64,000 nucleotides of DNA, from positions 13,086-77,085 of the forward strand of contig CALFYW010000016.1 of NCBI GenBank assembly GCA_937952265.1. The letters are read 5' to 3'. Source of the DNA: an uncultured bacterium. Its GTDB lineage: Bacteria > Patescibacteriota > Minisyncoccia > Phycocordibacterales > GCA-2401445. Shown here one piece after another: positions 18,682-27,964 of this stretch. The position numbers were made by a program, and so were the translations under genes. Numbering within the stretch: position 1 is the first letter of the stretch; every line of letters starts with the position of its first letter. Under the pieces are notes generated by a model. It worked only from the letters and a program-made list of their open reading frames with translations, did not search any database and had not been told where the DNA came from.

Positions 18682-20445
18682 TTATACCAACACTGCTTTA
18701 ATGCGACGAACTCCCTGAGAAACAGCCTCCTCTTTTATTATCTGAAATCGGCCCAATTCCCCTGTTCGAGAAACATGCGGACCACCACAAAATTCTTTTG
18801 AGTACGCATTTTCAATCGAGTTGCCAATATAATATACCGTAACCATATCGCCGTACTTTTCATTAAAGAAATGTCGTGCTCCGAGTGCTTCTGCTTCCGC
18901 GCGAGGCAGTGTTATATGCTGAACTGGTAAATCCGCTTCAATCTTTTCATTTATGATTTGAGTGATTTGATTTTTTTCATCTTCATGTAATTTTCGATCA
19001 AATGAGAAATCGAACCGAAGACGCTCTGGTGTAATATTGCTTCCTCGTTGGGCTATGGTATCCCCCAATACATCACGAAGTGCCTGATGCAAAAGATGTG
19101 TCGCGGTGTGGTAGCGCAATGATGCGTCGCTCGTATCTTTAAGTCCACCCTTAAATTTCTTTTCTGCGCCTTGTCGTGATGTTTCTTGATGCTTCTTAAA
19201 CTCCTCCATAAATTCATGAGTATCAACCGAGATACCACGCTCAATCGCCAATTCAAGCGTAAACTCCAAAGGAAAACCGTAGGTAGAAAAGAGGTTGAAA
19301 ATCTCCTTACCAGAAATTGTGTTCTTAGAAATTTTTTCAAACTCTTTTAACCCTTTCTCGAGGGTCTTTCTGAATCGCTCTTCTTCTTGAAGAATTTCTT
19401 TTTCGATACGCGCTTCGGTGAGCTCAAGATTCTCATACGCAGGAGCATATTTTAAAATAACTTCTTTTGCCACCCCATGAAGGGATGCGCCAAGGAGGTC
19501 CGCATGACGAACCGCACGCCGTATGAGCCGACGAAGAATATATCCACGATCAGTATTTGAAGGACTTACCCCATCGGCAACTAAAAATACCGATGCCCGT
19601 ATGTGGTCAGCAATAATTCTTCGTGATTTCTCCTCTCCCTTAGGAATGACCTTTAAAATAGGTTCAAAAAGATCTGTTTCAAAAACTGAATTTTTCTTCT
19701 GTAGAATAGTCGCTACACGCTCAAGACCGGCTCCGGTATCGACATTTTTACTTTGAAGTTCCCCAACGATCTCCCCTCCCCGCTTCTCAAAAGACATAAA
19801 CACATCATTCCAAATCTCGACAATTTTCTGCTCATTATCTGCCTTAATAAATGCGTCATGTGTTAAATCACCCAACCCTTCCGGGGTTAAATCGTAAAAC
19901 ATTTCCGTACTTGGACCAGTGGGCCCTGTCCAGGTGTCCTTACCTTTTACGTTTGGCCACCAATTTGCATCCGAACCTAAATAGTAAATTCGCTCCTCAG
20001 GAATTCCTACCTTCATCCATATTTTCTTCGCCTCCTCATCAGCCGGTACTACTCCATCACCTTTGAAGACCGTAACATAGAGACGTTTTGGATCAAGCCC
20101 GAAACCTTCTTCTTTATCTGTTAAGAGGGTGTAGCTCCATTCAATAGCTTCCTTTTTAAAATAATCACCCAATGACCAATTCCCGAGCATCTCAAAAAAG
20201 GTGAGGTGCGTATTATCTCCAACATCCTCAATATCTCCCGTTCGAATACATTTTTGAACATCGACAATCCGTTTTCCAGCAGGGTGTGGCCGACCCATAA
20301 GGTACGGCACGAGAGGCTGCATTCCTGCAGTAATAAAGAGAACCGAAGGGTCGTTTTCGGGCACCAGTGATGCTGACGGGATAATCGAATGCCCTCGTTT
20401 CTCAAAAAATTTAAGAAAGCGTTTTCGGATTTCATCAGCAGTCAT
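18682..20445 (-). CDS. alaS: Alanine--tRNA ligase (short form lacking C-Ala)
   Basis: LFITAGMQPL, HLTFFEMLGNWS, DTGAGLER, editing HTATH and CGGPH. Confidence 0.97.
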   Translation of the reverse strand: MTADEIRKRFLKFFEKRGHSIIPSASLVPENDPSVLFITAGMQPLVPYLMGRPHPAGKRIVDVQKCIRTGDIEDVGDNTHLTFFEMLGNWSLGDYFKKEAIEWSYTLLTDKEEGFGLDPKRLYVTVFKGDGVVPADEEAKKIWMKVGIPEERIYYLGSDANWWPNVKGKDTWTGPTGPSTEMFYDLTPEGLGDLTHDAFIKADNEQKIVEIWNDVFMSFEKRGGEIVGELQSKNVDTGAGLERVATILQKKNSVFETDLFEPILKVIPKGEEKSRRIIADHIRASVFLVADGVSPSNTDRGYILRRLIRRAVRHADLLGASLHGVAKEVILKYAPAYENLELTEARIEKEILQEEERFRKTLEKGLKEFEKISKNTISGKEIFNLFSTYGFPLEFTLELAIERGISVDTHEFMEEFKKHQETSRQGAEKKFKGGLKDTSDASLRYHTATHLLHQALRDVLGDTIAQRGSNITPERLRFDFSFDRKLHEDEKNQITQIINEKIEADLPVQHITLPRAEAEALGARHFFNEKYGDMVTVYYIGNSIENAYSKEFCGGPHVSRTGELGRFQIIKEEAVSQGVRRIKAVLV

Positions 20446-20446
20446 A

Positions 20447-20701
20447 CTATACTAATCCAGCATTAAAGATTTCGATCAAATAGCTTGCGACAAGAAGCAT
20501 AATACCGATAACAATATAGACCTGTTCTCTACGCATTGTTCGTAACACATCTAAATCAATACTCCGTTCTTTAAAAATATGAAAATGTACATTGAATACG
20601 ACTACCGCAATTAAAATATCACCAATAATATTTAAGGTGCTTGCGATAAAAAGCGGGTCCATTGATGAGAGAACGACACTTGCAGTTAGAGCTGTTTCCA
20701 T
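20447..20701 (-). CDS. Small two-TM membrane protein
   Basis: 84 aa, two hydrophobic helices; 1 nt from alaS start. Confidence 0.65.
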   Translation of the reverse strand: METALTASVVLSSMDPLFIASTLNIIGDILIAVVVFNVHFHIFKERSIDLDVLRTMRREQVYIVIGIMLLVASYLIEIFNAGLV

Positions 20702-20708
20702 AATTTTG

Positions 20709-20978
20709 TTATCGGTTCTTTTTTAATAATACACCTTCAGTAAAGAGCTTTCTTTCTTTTTCTTTTCTGCCTCGATTGTATCCCCCCGCCACCCCATCAG
20801 ACCGAACCACACGATGGCATGGAACTTCAGGATTATAATTTTTATTGAGGATATTGCCAACCGCACGAGAAGCACGCGGATTTCCCGCCCGACGCGCAAC
20901 CTCTTGATAGGTGAGTACCTCCCCTTTCGGAATTTGACTCACGATACTCAATACTTCTTGGGTAAAAGAGTGTACCAT
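20709..20978 (-). CDS. O6-methylguanine-DNA methyltransferase (MGMT) family, single domain
   Basis: IPKGEVLTY..VA, RAVG, active-site VPCHRVV. Confidence 0.9.
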   Translation of the reverse strand: MVHSFTQEVLSIVSQIPKGEVLTYQEVARRAGNPRASRAVGNILNKNYNPEVPCHRVVRSDGVAGGYNRGRKEKERKLFTEGVLLKKNR

Positions 20979-20988
20979 ATTATTTTAT

Positions 20989-21777
20989 TTATCTAGTTGT
21001 TACCTTCTTCATATGGACAGAGAACACGTCACGCACGCCACGACGATATGCACAATAATCGCATTCGCCTCCATGTGTTGGTATTTTTTGAGAATCAAGA
21101 GTTGACCGAGCATTAAGAAGTGTTTCTTCAATCCACGTATCACTCCCAACATAGGAGAGAACCCTAACATCAAATTCAAGTTTTCCATCAAACGCTTCTC
21201 GATCACGAAGCCCATTTGCATATACAAAATATCCGGTATCAGAAACAGTGAATCCGTTTTGTCGCAATAGCCACTGATAAACTTCCATCTGTCGTTTATA
21301 CCCATCCTGCCATGGAGCATCGAGATTCACCTCGCTCTCCTTGCTTGTTGATTTATAATCAACTACCAAAAGATGTTCATTGGGATCAACCCATACATCA
21401 TCTACCGCTCCAAATACAAGAAAATTGGTTTTGGCATGAAGTGCGCGCACTCCTGTAAAATTATGCCTCCATTGCTCTAAATCAGGATGCGTAAATGGAA
21501 TTGCATCAATGCCGTATTGCTCCATCAATGGATGGGTGCTTTTCTGATTCCGATGAATATCAAACTCTTTCTTTAAGAGATGGTCAACCGCACTATTGAG
21601 ATTAAAAGGAAATCCAGGTGGGCGCTTTACCCCCAAACGCAGGTCAAGATAAAAACAACGAGGACACTCAAGAAAAAGATCGATTTTAGATCGACTCAGT
21701 TTGAACGGGTTTTTTGAATCAGGATCAAAAAGATTCCTACTTCGTCGTGCTTGGTAATATTCTGACATAGCAGTCAT
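20989..21777 (-). CDS. PD-(D/E)XK nuclease family protein (RecB/Cas4-like fold)
   Basis: LSRSKI...CPRCFY, GAVDD, VVDYKST, QMEVY, C-terminal CDYC. Confidence 0.85.
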   Translation of the reverse strand: MTAMSEYYQARRSRNLFDPDSKNPFKLSRSKIDLFLECPRCFYLDLRLGVKRPPGFPFNLNSAVDHLLKKEFDIHRNQKSTHPLMEQYGIDAIPFTHPDLEQWRHNFTGVRALHAKTNFLVFGAVDDVWVDPNEHLLVVDYKSTSKESEVNLDAPWQDGYKRQMEVYQWLLRQNGFTVSDTGYFVYANGLRDREAFDGKLEFDVRVLSYVGSDTWIEETLLNARSTLDSQKIPTHGGECDYCAYRRGVRDVFSVHMKKVTTR

Positions 21778-21779
21778 TA

Positions 21780-21814
21780 TAACACACCGCGCGTTTCTAA
21801 CGCGCGGTGTGTTA
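21780..21814. terminator. Perfect 16-bp hairpin (terminator or regulatory)
   Basis: TAACACACCGCGCGTT-TCT-AACGCGCGGTGTGTTA. Confidence 0.55.
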
Positions 21815-21834
21815 ATCCCTATCTCATACTCATT

Positions 21835-22083
21835 CTAAAGCGCTCTGCTCAAACGGTTATATAACCAAGAAAAGATTCCACCAAGAATGAGCCCGTCAAT
21901 AAAAGCCCATATTGATCCAACAACTGATCCCAAGAGGGAAGCAGTAAATCCCGGATACAGTCCGCTCAGCGATTCAACGAAGGATGTTCCGATACCTAAA
22001 CTTCCCAGTATGCCAACCAAAAATACTGAAAATCCTGATATGATTCCGCATGAGAGACTAAATGCTTTACTATGCAATTGCAT
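21835..22083 (-). CDS. Small membrane protein (holin-like annotation family)
   Basis: AF.L..G, YPG....GS.VG..WAFIDG...G..F.WLYN pattern. Confidence 0.7.
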   Translation of the reverse strand: MQLHSKAFSLSCGIISGFSVFLVGILGSLGIGTSFVESLSGLYPGFTASLLGSVVGSIWAFIDGLILGGIFSWLYNRLSRAL

Positions 22084-22106
22084 TTGGTGAGTGTTTAAGA
22101 ACTACA

Positions 22107-22724
22107 CTAGAGTGGAAGCCCTGGCCCAGCTCCTGCTTCAGTCGTAAATGAGACTTGATAGGCGCTTCCATTACCAGACAATACTGGAGTATCGATCTTA
22201 TGGTCAAAGTCTTTATCACCATTATCAATAAAAATAGTAGCGTAATTAATTCCTCCTTCAGTGGTTCCGCGAAGCAAATTTACTGAAACATCCGTATGAG
22301 TACCTCCAGGAAGCCAACGCGCACCAAGAATATTTCCAACTCCACCCTGTTCATTCGTTTCTCGTATTGCTACCCAGCTAGCCTCCGCAAGCACCGCGCG
22401 CGCAATTACTACACGATCACCAGGAGCTTGATCATTTACTGATAATGAAAAATCTCCTACTGCTGGTACTGAAGGCGCTGGTACAGGATCAAGTGACACA
22501 TCAAGGCCTCCTTCAATAATTGATGGCGCAACCATTGCACCATTATCTTCACCAATCATCATTGCCCCTCCATCTTCCATACCAGCGGTATTTTCTTCGT
22601 CTGTTCCATTTAATGGATCCGCAGCACCTCTTCCACTTGCCGCAAACCAGCCGATACCAAAACCGATAAGTAAACTAATAATAATGACAAGAACCATTCG
22701 ATTTGTAGAACGTGTATCCTCCAT
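22107..22724 (-). CDS. Membrane-anchored secreted protein, CPR-type
   Basis: N-terminal TM, acidic linker, V.DQ.PG..V, WVAI, G.ILGA, DNGD..FD. Confidence 0.7.
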   Translation of the reverse strand: MEDTRSTNRMVLVIIISLLIGFGIGWFAASGRGAADPLNGTDEENTAGMEDGGAMMIGEDNGAMVAPSIIEGGLDVSLDPVPAPSVPAVGDFSLSVNDQAPGDRVVIARAVLAEASWVAIRETNEQGGVGNILGARWLPGGTHTDVSVNLLRGTTEGGINYATIFIDNGDKDFDHKIDTPVLSGNGSAYQVSFTTEAGAGPGLPL

Positions 22725-22845
22725 AACCTTCTTTAAAGTTTAATAATGAATAATAAACTACTACTATGTACCACACTATAGTAATGGGATTTACTTTCGA
22801 ATGCAAATGGGTTGACAGACTATATTTTATAATCTATTTTTTTAG

Positions 22846-23292
22846 ATGGACACTATAGAACTTAAAATTATGTTTTCATTACCTGCTCTTCTCATGGTGG
22901 TAAACGGGATTGGAATCGCCGGATCAATTCTATGCTACACACTGATGTGGCCAACTTTTTCGCAACGATGGAATAAAAAAACCTCTCGCAATATACGCTG
23001 GGTGAGTGCTACAATTATTGGCCTCATTACGCTCTCATACACTTCCTTATTAGGATATCGATCGGGCACAGGTTTACCGATTCGAGATGTCCATTTTACA
23101 AACACTGGTGCCTTTTCTGTCATTGGTGAACCAGCTACTTATCAAGATCGATATTATTTCTTTGCACACGATGTGGTAGCAAATCGCATTGTCGCGCTTT
23201 CTTTTAAGGAGTCTCCTCCGAGAGATTTTGCTCCGTACTATGAAAGACCCGCACTAAATCCTGAGTCGATTTCGAATATTTTTACACCATAA
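22846..23292 (+). CDS. Hypothetical membrane protein
   Basis: Two TMs; TTGACA-17-TATTTT at 22812-22840; hairpin near 23316-23341. Confidence 0.6.
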   Translation: MDTIELKIMFSLPALLMVVNGIGIAGSILCYTLMWPTFSQRWNKKTSRNIRWVSATIIGLITLSYTSLLGYRSGTGLPIRDVHFTNTGAFSVIGEPATYQDRYYFFAHDVVANRIVALSFKESPPRDFAPYYERPALNPESISNIFTP

Positions 23293-23344
23293 AAATATCT
23301 TCCGTCACATTCATATCCATACCAAAAAGACGGTATGGATTTTT

Positions 23345-24439
23345 TTATGCAATAATACCTCCTCCAAGACACTCTCCGGTATCGGTATAAAAAACTATTG
23401 ATTGACCGGGGGTTGGTAGAGCAATTTCCGAACTCCGAAGAGAAACAGTAGTGGTACTATCTTTAAAATAAATCGTGGAAGAAACCAGTGGCGCACGGTA
23501 TCGTATTCGAGCGAGTGACTGGTATCCATCCTGAGGCGGTATACCCGAAATCCAATTTACTGATTCAATCAAAAACGAGCTCGTACGTTCCTCTTTCTTT
23601 TTAGGAAGAGACGAGACCATGATACGATTAGCGTCAAGATTTTTATTGATCACATAATACGGTTTATCTGAAGGAGTCTTTTTGGTAATGGTAAACCCAT
23701 GTCGCTCTCCTAGCGTATAGAGTTCCGCTCCTTCATGCCACCCAATGACCTCTCCGGATTCATTGCACACTTCTCCAGGAGAAGTAGTAATGAATGTTTT
23801 AAGGAAATCTTTCATGGCCACCTTCCCCACAAAACAAAGACCTTGGCTGTCTTTCTTTTTTGCCGTGAAGAGATTCAGGTTTTGCGCTTTTTTTCGAACC
23901 TCACTTTTTTTCATGTCACCAATTGGAAAGAGTGTTGATCGAAGCTCGTCTTGGGAAAGCTGCCACAAGAAATATGTCTGGTCTTTTTCCTGGTCAGTAC
24001 TTGCTTTTAATACAAAACGTTTCTTTCCTCCTTCAATAGCTACGGCACATTTTGCGTAGTGGCCAGTTGCAACATAGTGAGCGCCATCTCTTTTAGCCCA
24101 CGCAAGAAATGCACCGAACTTAATTTTTTTATTACAAAAAACATCTGGATTAGGAGTACGACCCGCTTTGTATTCCCGAATCATATAATCGACTACTTCC
24201 TTCTTATATACATCAGATAAATCGATGGTTTTAAATGGCACCTCAAGTGCGCTCGCCACCCTCATTGCATCAAGCCGATCCGATTTCCAGGTACAATCTA
24301 GAAAATCGGGTTCCCATATTTTGATAAAAACACCAACTACATCAAAGCCTTGCTCTTTTAAAAGCGCGAGGGAAACTGAGCTATCTACCCCACCAGAAAG
24401 ACCCACATATACCTTTTTATGTTTCTCTTGCTTCGACAT
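23345..24439 (-). CDS. mnmA: tRNA 2-thiouridylase MnmA
   Basis: GLSGGVDSSV, TPNPDVFCN, ATGHYA, KDQTYFL, DSQGLCF. Confidence 0.97.
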   Translation of the reverse strand: MSKQEKHKKVYVGLSGGVDSSVSLALLKEQGFDVVGVFIKIWEPDFLDCTWKSDRLDAMRVASALEVPFKTIDLSDVYKKEVVDYMIREYKAGRTPNPDVFCNKKIKFGAFLAWAKRDGAHYVATGHYAKCAVAIEGGKKRFVLKASTDQEKDQTYFLWQLSQDELRSTLFPIGDMKKSEVRKKAQNLNLFTAKKKDSQGLCFVGKVAMKDFLKTFITTSPGEVCNESGEVIGWHEGAELYTLGERHGFTITKKTPSDKPYYVINKNLDANRIMVSSLPKKKEERTSSFLIESVNWISGIPPQDGYQSLARIRYRAPLVSSTIYFKDSTTTVSLRSSEIALPTPGQSIVFYTDTGECLGGGIIA

Positions 24440-24475
24440 TATTCCACAGGCTACTATGATTTCTTGAAAAAGCAA

Positions 24476-25477
24476 TTACCGCAAATAACGTGCTTTATTC
24501 TGCACATGCACATCATGCGTTACCGCATAATGCATTGCCCCGCTCAGATCAGAGAGGTAGAAAAGGTACTCTGATGATTCAGGTCGCAGTGCTGCTTGAA
24601 TAGAATCGATACCTGGATTTGCAATAGGTCCAGGAGGGAGACCAGTATATTGGTAGGTATTATATGGAGAATCAAACGCAAGGTCATCATACGTGAGCTC
24701 AAACGTGTTTTTACCTAAAATATAGGGGAATACGGCATCAACCTGCAACGGCATGCCTATTTCAATACGTTTCCAGAGGATCCCTGAAATCATACGTTTG
24801 GTATCATATTCACGCGCCTCTTTCTCAAGAATAGAAGCCATAACAAGAATTTCTTCAAGTGTCCATTGAGAATCTTGTATTTCCTCAAAAACACTTTGAA
24901 TTTTTTGATCAAAATTATGCTCAAGCGCAGCGATAATCTCTGAGGGCGAGCTATTAGGAAGGAAAAAATAAGTATCGGGAAAGAGAAATCCTTCTTTATC
25001 TCTTGCAAGATCCAAGAACTTCTCTTGATTAAATTCCGGAAGCTGCTCGCTTAAAATTGCTCCTATATCATAGACCGTCGCCCCCTCAGGAATAGTCACC
25101 CGAATACTCGACAATCCATACACACCATTACTGACGCGATAGGCGATCCGGACTGCTGAAAGTGGTTTTTCAAAGTAATAGTCTCCAGCAATCACCCCTC
25201 TTCCATCACCAAAGAAACTAACCAGTAAACGAAAGAGAAATGGTGATCGTATCAATTCTTTCTCTGCAAAATGATGCGCGACCCCCGTAATACTCATTCC
25301 ATCTTCAACGGAAGCAAGCTCATACGAAGAGAAAGAAGCCGGAGCACTCACTACCGCTCCCCCAATCAAGGCAAGTCCTAGAAAAACTGAAAGCGTAATA
25401 CGTCGAATCGGTGTCCGAGTACTTTTCTCTACGACACTCAATACAATTTTTAAAAAAGAAGACGCTGTCTGCTTCAT
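24476..25477 (-). CDS. mltG: Endolytic transglycosylase MltG
   Basis: VTIPEG, EGFLFPDTY, ASILEKE, SPYNTY..GLPPGPI.NPG. Confidence 0.95.
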   Translation of the reverse strand: MKQTASSFLKIVLSVVEKSTRTPIRRITLSVFLGLALIGGAVVSAPASFSSYELASVEDGMSITGVAHHFAEKELIRSPFLFRLLVSFFGDGRGVIAGDYYFEKPLSAVRIAYRVSNGVYGLSSIRVTIPEGATVYDIGAILSEQLPEFNQEKFLDLARDKEGFLFPDTYFFLPNSSPSEIIAALEHNFDQKIQSVFEEIQDSQWTLEEILVMASILEKEAREYDTKRMISGILWKRIEIGMPLQVDAVFPYILGKNTFELTYDDLAFDSPYNTYQYTGLPPGPIANPGIDSIQAALRPESSEYLFYLSDLSGAMHYAVTHDVHVQNKARYLR

Positions 25478-25488
25478 AGATAGTATGA

Positions 25489-26817
25489 TTATGATACTGG
25501 AAGATTAGGAGGGGCCTCACCTTTTCGTGACGCAGTTCGCCGTAAGGTTGGAGTTTGCACAATCTCACCAGGAAAGTGATAAATGGTGGCAAGTTCTTCG
25601 GTAGTGAGGATGATAGGTTTTTGATGGAAATACCGGTATGGAGCATGGAAGAAAGAACGCCGCTTATAGGCATCGAGCATCTGCCGTTCAATTTGATTTC
25701 GGCGAACTCGCTTAAAATCCTGCCACGGATAGTCAAAGTCGGTATACCACCCAATTCGAAAGCCATTTAGTGTATTTGAGCTGTACTGTCTGAAAGACCC
25801 GATAAGCCCAGGAATATTAATTGAATTAAAGCTCTCCATCTTTGAAATATAGAATCCCCGTATCGCACATTCAAAAGGGATTTTTTCCAAACTTCGAGTG
25901 ATCGCATCCGCTGTTTTTTTCTCCTCATCAGTCAATACCGGGCTCACTGGTAAATCCCCAATTTTTGTGCTACTCAACTTGGTCTTAGGATCACGAGAAA
26001 GCAATTTACTCACCTCTTTCATGGCACCCTCTTTCCAAAATTTTTTCTTAAAGAGATATCCTTCTTTTATTTTTTCCTCTTTATGCGCTTGAATTAATAT
26101 CTGGATCCATGCTTGCTCCCCTGGTTTAAGTGATCCAAGATACTCAAGCATTGAACTCATTGGCTCAATTTTTAACTCCTCCTTGGGGTCTTTATCAAGA
26201 CCGTAATCGACATAGGTTTTGATTGGATACCAATCAGGCTTCGTTAAGATAAAGTATGTTCCCCACTGCACTTCATGTACTGAATCATGTTTTACATCCC
26301 GAGTATAATCTTCTGCTTCATGAATTTCGACGTTTGGATATTGAGCATAGATTGTAGTTTCAATCATGTGTCGATATTTAGGTTGGGTCCAAATATAAAA
26401 ATGAATGTCTCCTCCAATAGAGACCAACTCAAAAGAAAACCACGGCTTCACCTTGCCACCCCAGTACGTGTCAATATAGGTAGGGCCACCAGTTTGATAG
26501 AGTGTGGTAAATACAAGCTCCATCGCTCGAGGAGAACGCACAATCTCTTGCGGAAGACGGACCTCAAGTAGTATTGAACCTTGTTCTTTAATAAATTGCG
26601 CTCGAATGTACTCCATCCACAGGGACCAAAAGACGAAAAGTAAGGTAATGGGAAGCCAAATTGGTATTAAATCAACAAATAATCCGAGAACTCCCGAGAA
26701 TTGAAACCCTAAGGGATTCCAGAATAACAACCCAACACCAACGAGGAGCCCGAGTGCAAGAAGCATCCACCCGAGCTCATAGAGAAAATCAATAAAAAGA
26801 AACAGTGCGGTTCGCAT
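25489..26817 (-). CDS. Conserved CPR-type membrane-anchored hypothetical protein
   Basis: Two N-terminal TMs; SFE, YAQYP, YPIKTY, WIQ, EELATIYHFP, EAPPNLP motifs. Confidence 0.75.
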   Translation of the reverse strand: MRTALFLFIDFLYELGWMLLALGLLVGVGLLFWNPLGFQFSGVLGLFVDLIPIWLPITLLFVFWSLWMEYIRAQFIKEQGSILLEVRLPQEIVRSPRAMELVFTTLYQTGGPTYIDTYWGGKVKPWFSFELVSIGGDIHFYIWTQPKYRHMIETTIYAQYPNVEIHEAEDYTRDVKHDSVHEVQWGTYFILTKPDWYPIKTYVDYGLDKDPKEELKIEPMSSMLEYLGSLKPGEQAWIQILIQAHKEEKIKEGYLFKKKFWKEGAMKEVSKLLSRDPKTKLSSTKIGDLPVSPVLTDEEKKTADAITRSLEKIPFECAIRGFYISKMESFNSINIPGLIGSFRQYSSNTLNGFRIGWYTDFDYPWQDFKRVRRNQIERQMLDAYKRRSFFHAPYRYFHQKPIILTTEELATIYHFPGEIVQTPTLRRTASRKGEAPPNLPVS

Positions 26818-26877
26818 AGTAACGTACTAACTATACCATAGCTTAAACGCAAAATAGGAGTGGAAACAGGAAGCTAT

Positions 26878-27906
26878 TTACGCTACCATGTATCGCCCAT
26901 CATCGAGTTTTCGAAAATAACGAGTGTTCTGCAAATTAACCAAAATTGTATTTTCTTTAACGTAGCGCTCTTTTAATACACGTTCAATAACTTCATCTCG
27001 ATTAAGGGGGCCAAATTTTTCAAGCACTTGTGCAATAACATCCTTAACTACTCCGCTGGTATGACCCCACTCACGAAGCGCGTAGAGTCCGCGACCCACC
27101 AAGACGAAACGCTTGTCTTTAATAAGTTCATTATGGCATGTTGCAACATGCGCTTTTTTATTAAAAGTGTCTGAAATTGCCTGCGCTACCTCAGTAAAAT
27201 GCATCGGTGATCCATGTCGGCGAATAATCAAAAATGCATAATCACGCATTCGCTTCGCTCGTATATTTGGCGATTTTGCCATCCCCCATTCCCCTAATTC
27301 ATTTTTACCAATATGTTTTGAGAGTGTAAGCCAGCGTTTTGCGATTTCCTCATTGCGATATTTCTCTGAGATATCTTTCATGTGCACAAAAAACTGATCA
27401 ATAATTTTTGATTCTGGAATCAGATCTTCATCCGAAAGACCTTGATAGAGTTTTTTTAATGCCGTATGAATCTTCTCTGCATGTTGTGTATCAATAAACC
27501 ACTGATGCTTAAACTCCCCATCCTCCCGACGGTGCTTGAACGAGTCTCCTACGACCAACAAAAAATGGATGTGGTTCTGAGTGCTCGCATCTTTTGAGAT
27601 CGATAAAAGCAGGTCCTCCTCAGCAATCACTCCTCCGAGTGAATCAATGGTCTTTTCTAATTTTTCAAATGTCTGTTTCTCTTTTTCATATGCAGGAGAT
27701 TTTCGAATGGTGGTGAGCGCATAATTCTCTACTTGGCGTACCCGCTCTCTCGTAATGCCATATTTCTTCCCAATTGCTTCAAGTGTAAAACGTTTGGTGT
27801 CTTTTCCCAAACCAAAACGGCTTACCAATACTTCCCGTGCGCGAGGAGACAACACCGACAAAAGGCGTTTGGTGGAACTCTTGGGGGTGAGGTTCATCTG
27901 TGGCAT
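26878..27906 (-). CDS. sigma70 region-4 HTH plus winged-HTH (HARE-HTH/delta-like) protein
   Basis: RFGL...TLEAIG..YGITRERVRQ; C-terminal PMHF.EV...HNELIKD.RFVLVGRGLYAL.EW. Confidence 0.8.
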   Translation of the reverse strand: MPQMNLTPKSSTKRLLSVLSPRAREVLVSRFGLGKDTKRFTLEAIGKKYGITRERVRQVENYALTTIRKSPAYEKEKQTFEKLEKTIDSLGGVIAEEDLLLSISKDASTQNHIHFLLVVGDSFKHRREDGEFKHQWFIDTQHAEKIHTALKKLYQGLSDEDLIPESKIIDQFFVHMKDISEKYRNEEIAKRWLTLSKHIGKNELGEWGMAKSPNIRAKRMRDYAFLIIRRHGSPMHFTEVAQAISDTFNKKAHVATCHNELIKDKRFVLVGRGLYALREWGHTSGVVKDVIAQVLEKFGPLNRDEVIERVLKERYVKENTILVNLQNTRYFRKLDDGRYMVA

Positions 27907-27964
27907 AAAATTACAAATTATTTATGTTGAATAGATAAAACTTTATCATCATAATAATTTTTAG

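Noticed and set aside
20989-21777. Cas4-like nuclease suggesting CRISPR
   Set aside because: No repeat-spacer array or other cas genes seen in the window
21835-22083. Holin-like gene as sign of a prophage
   Set aside because: No phage structural, lysis or replication genes nearby
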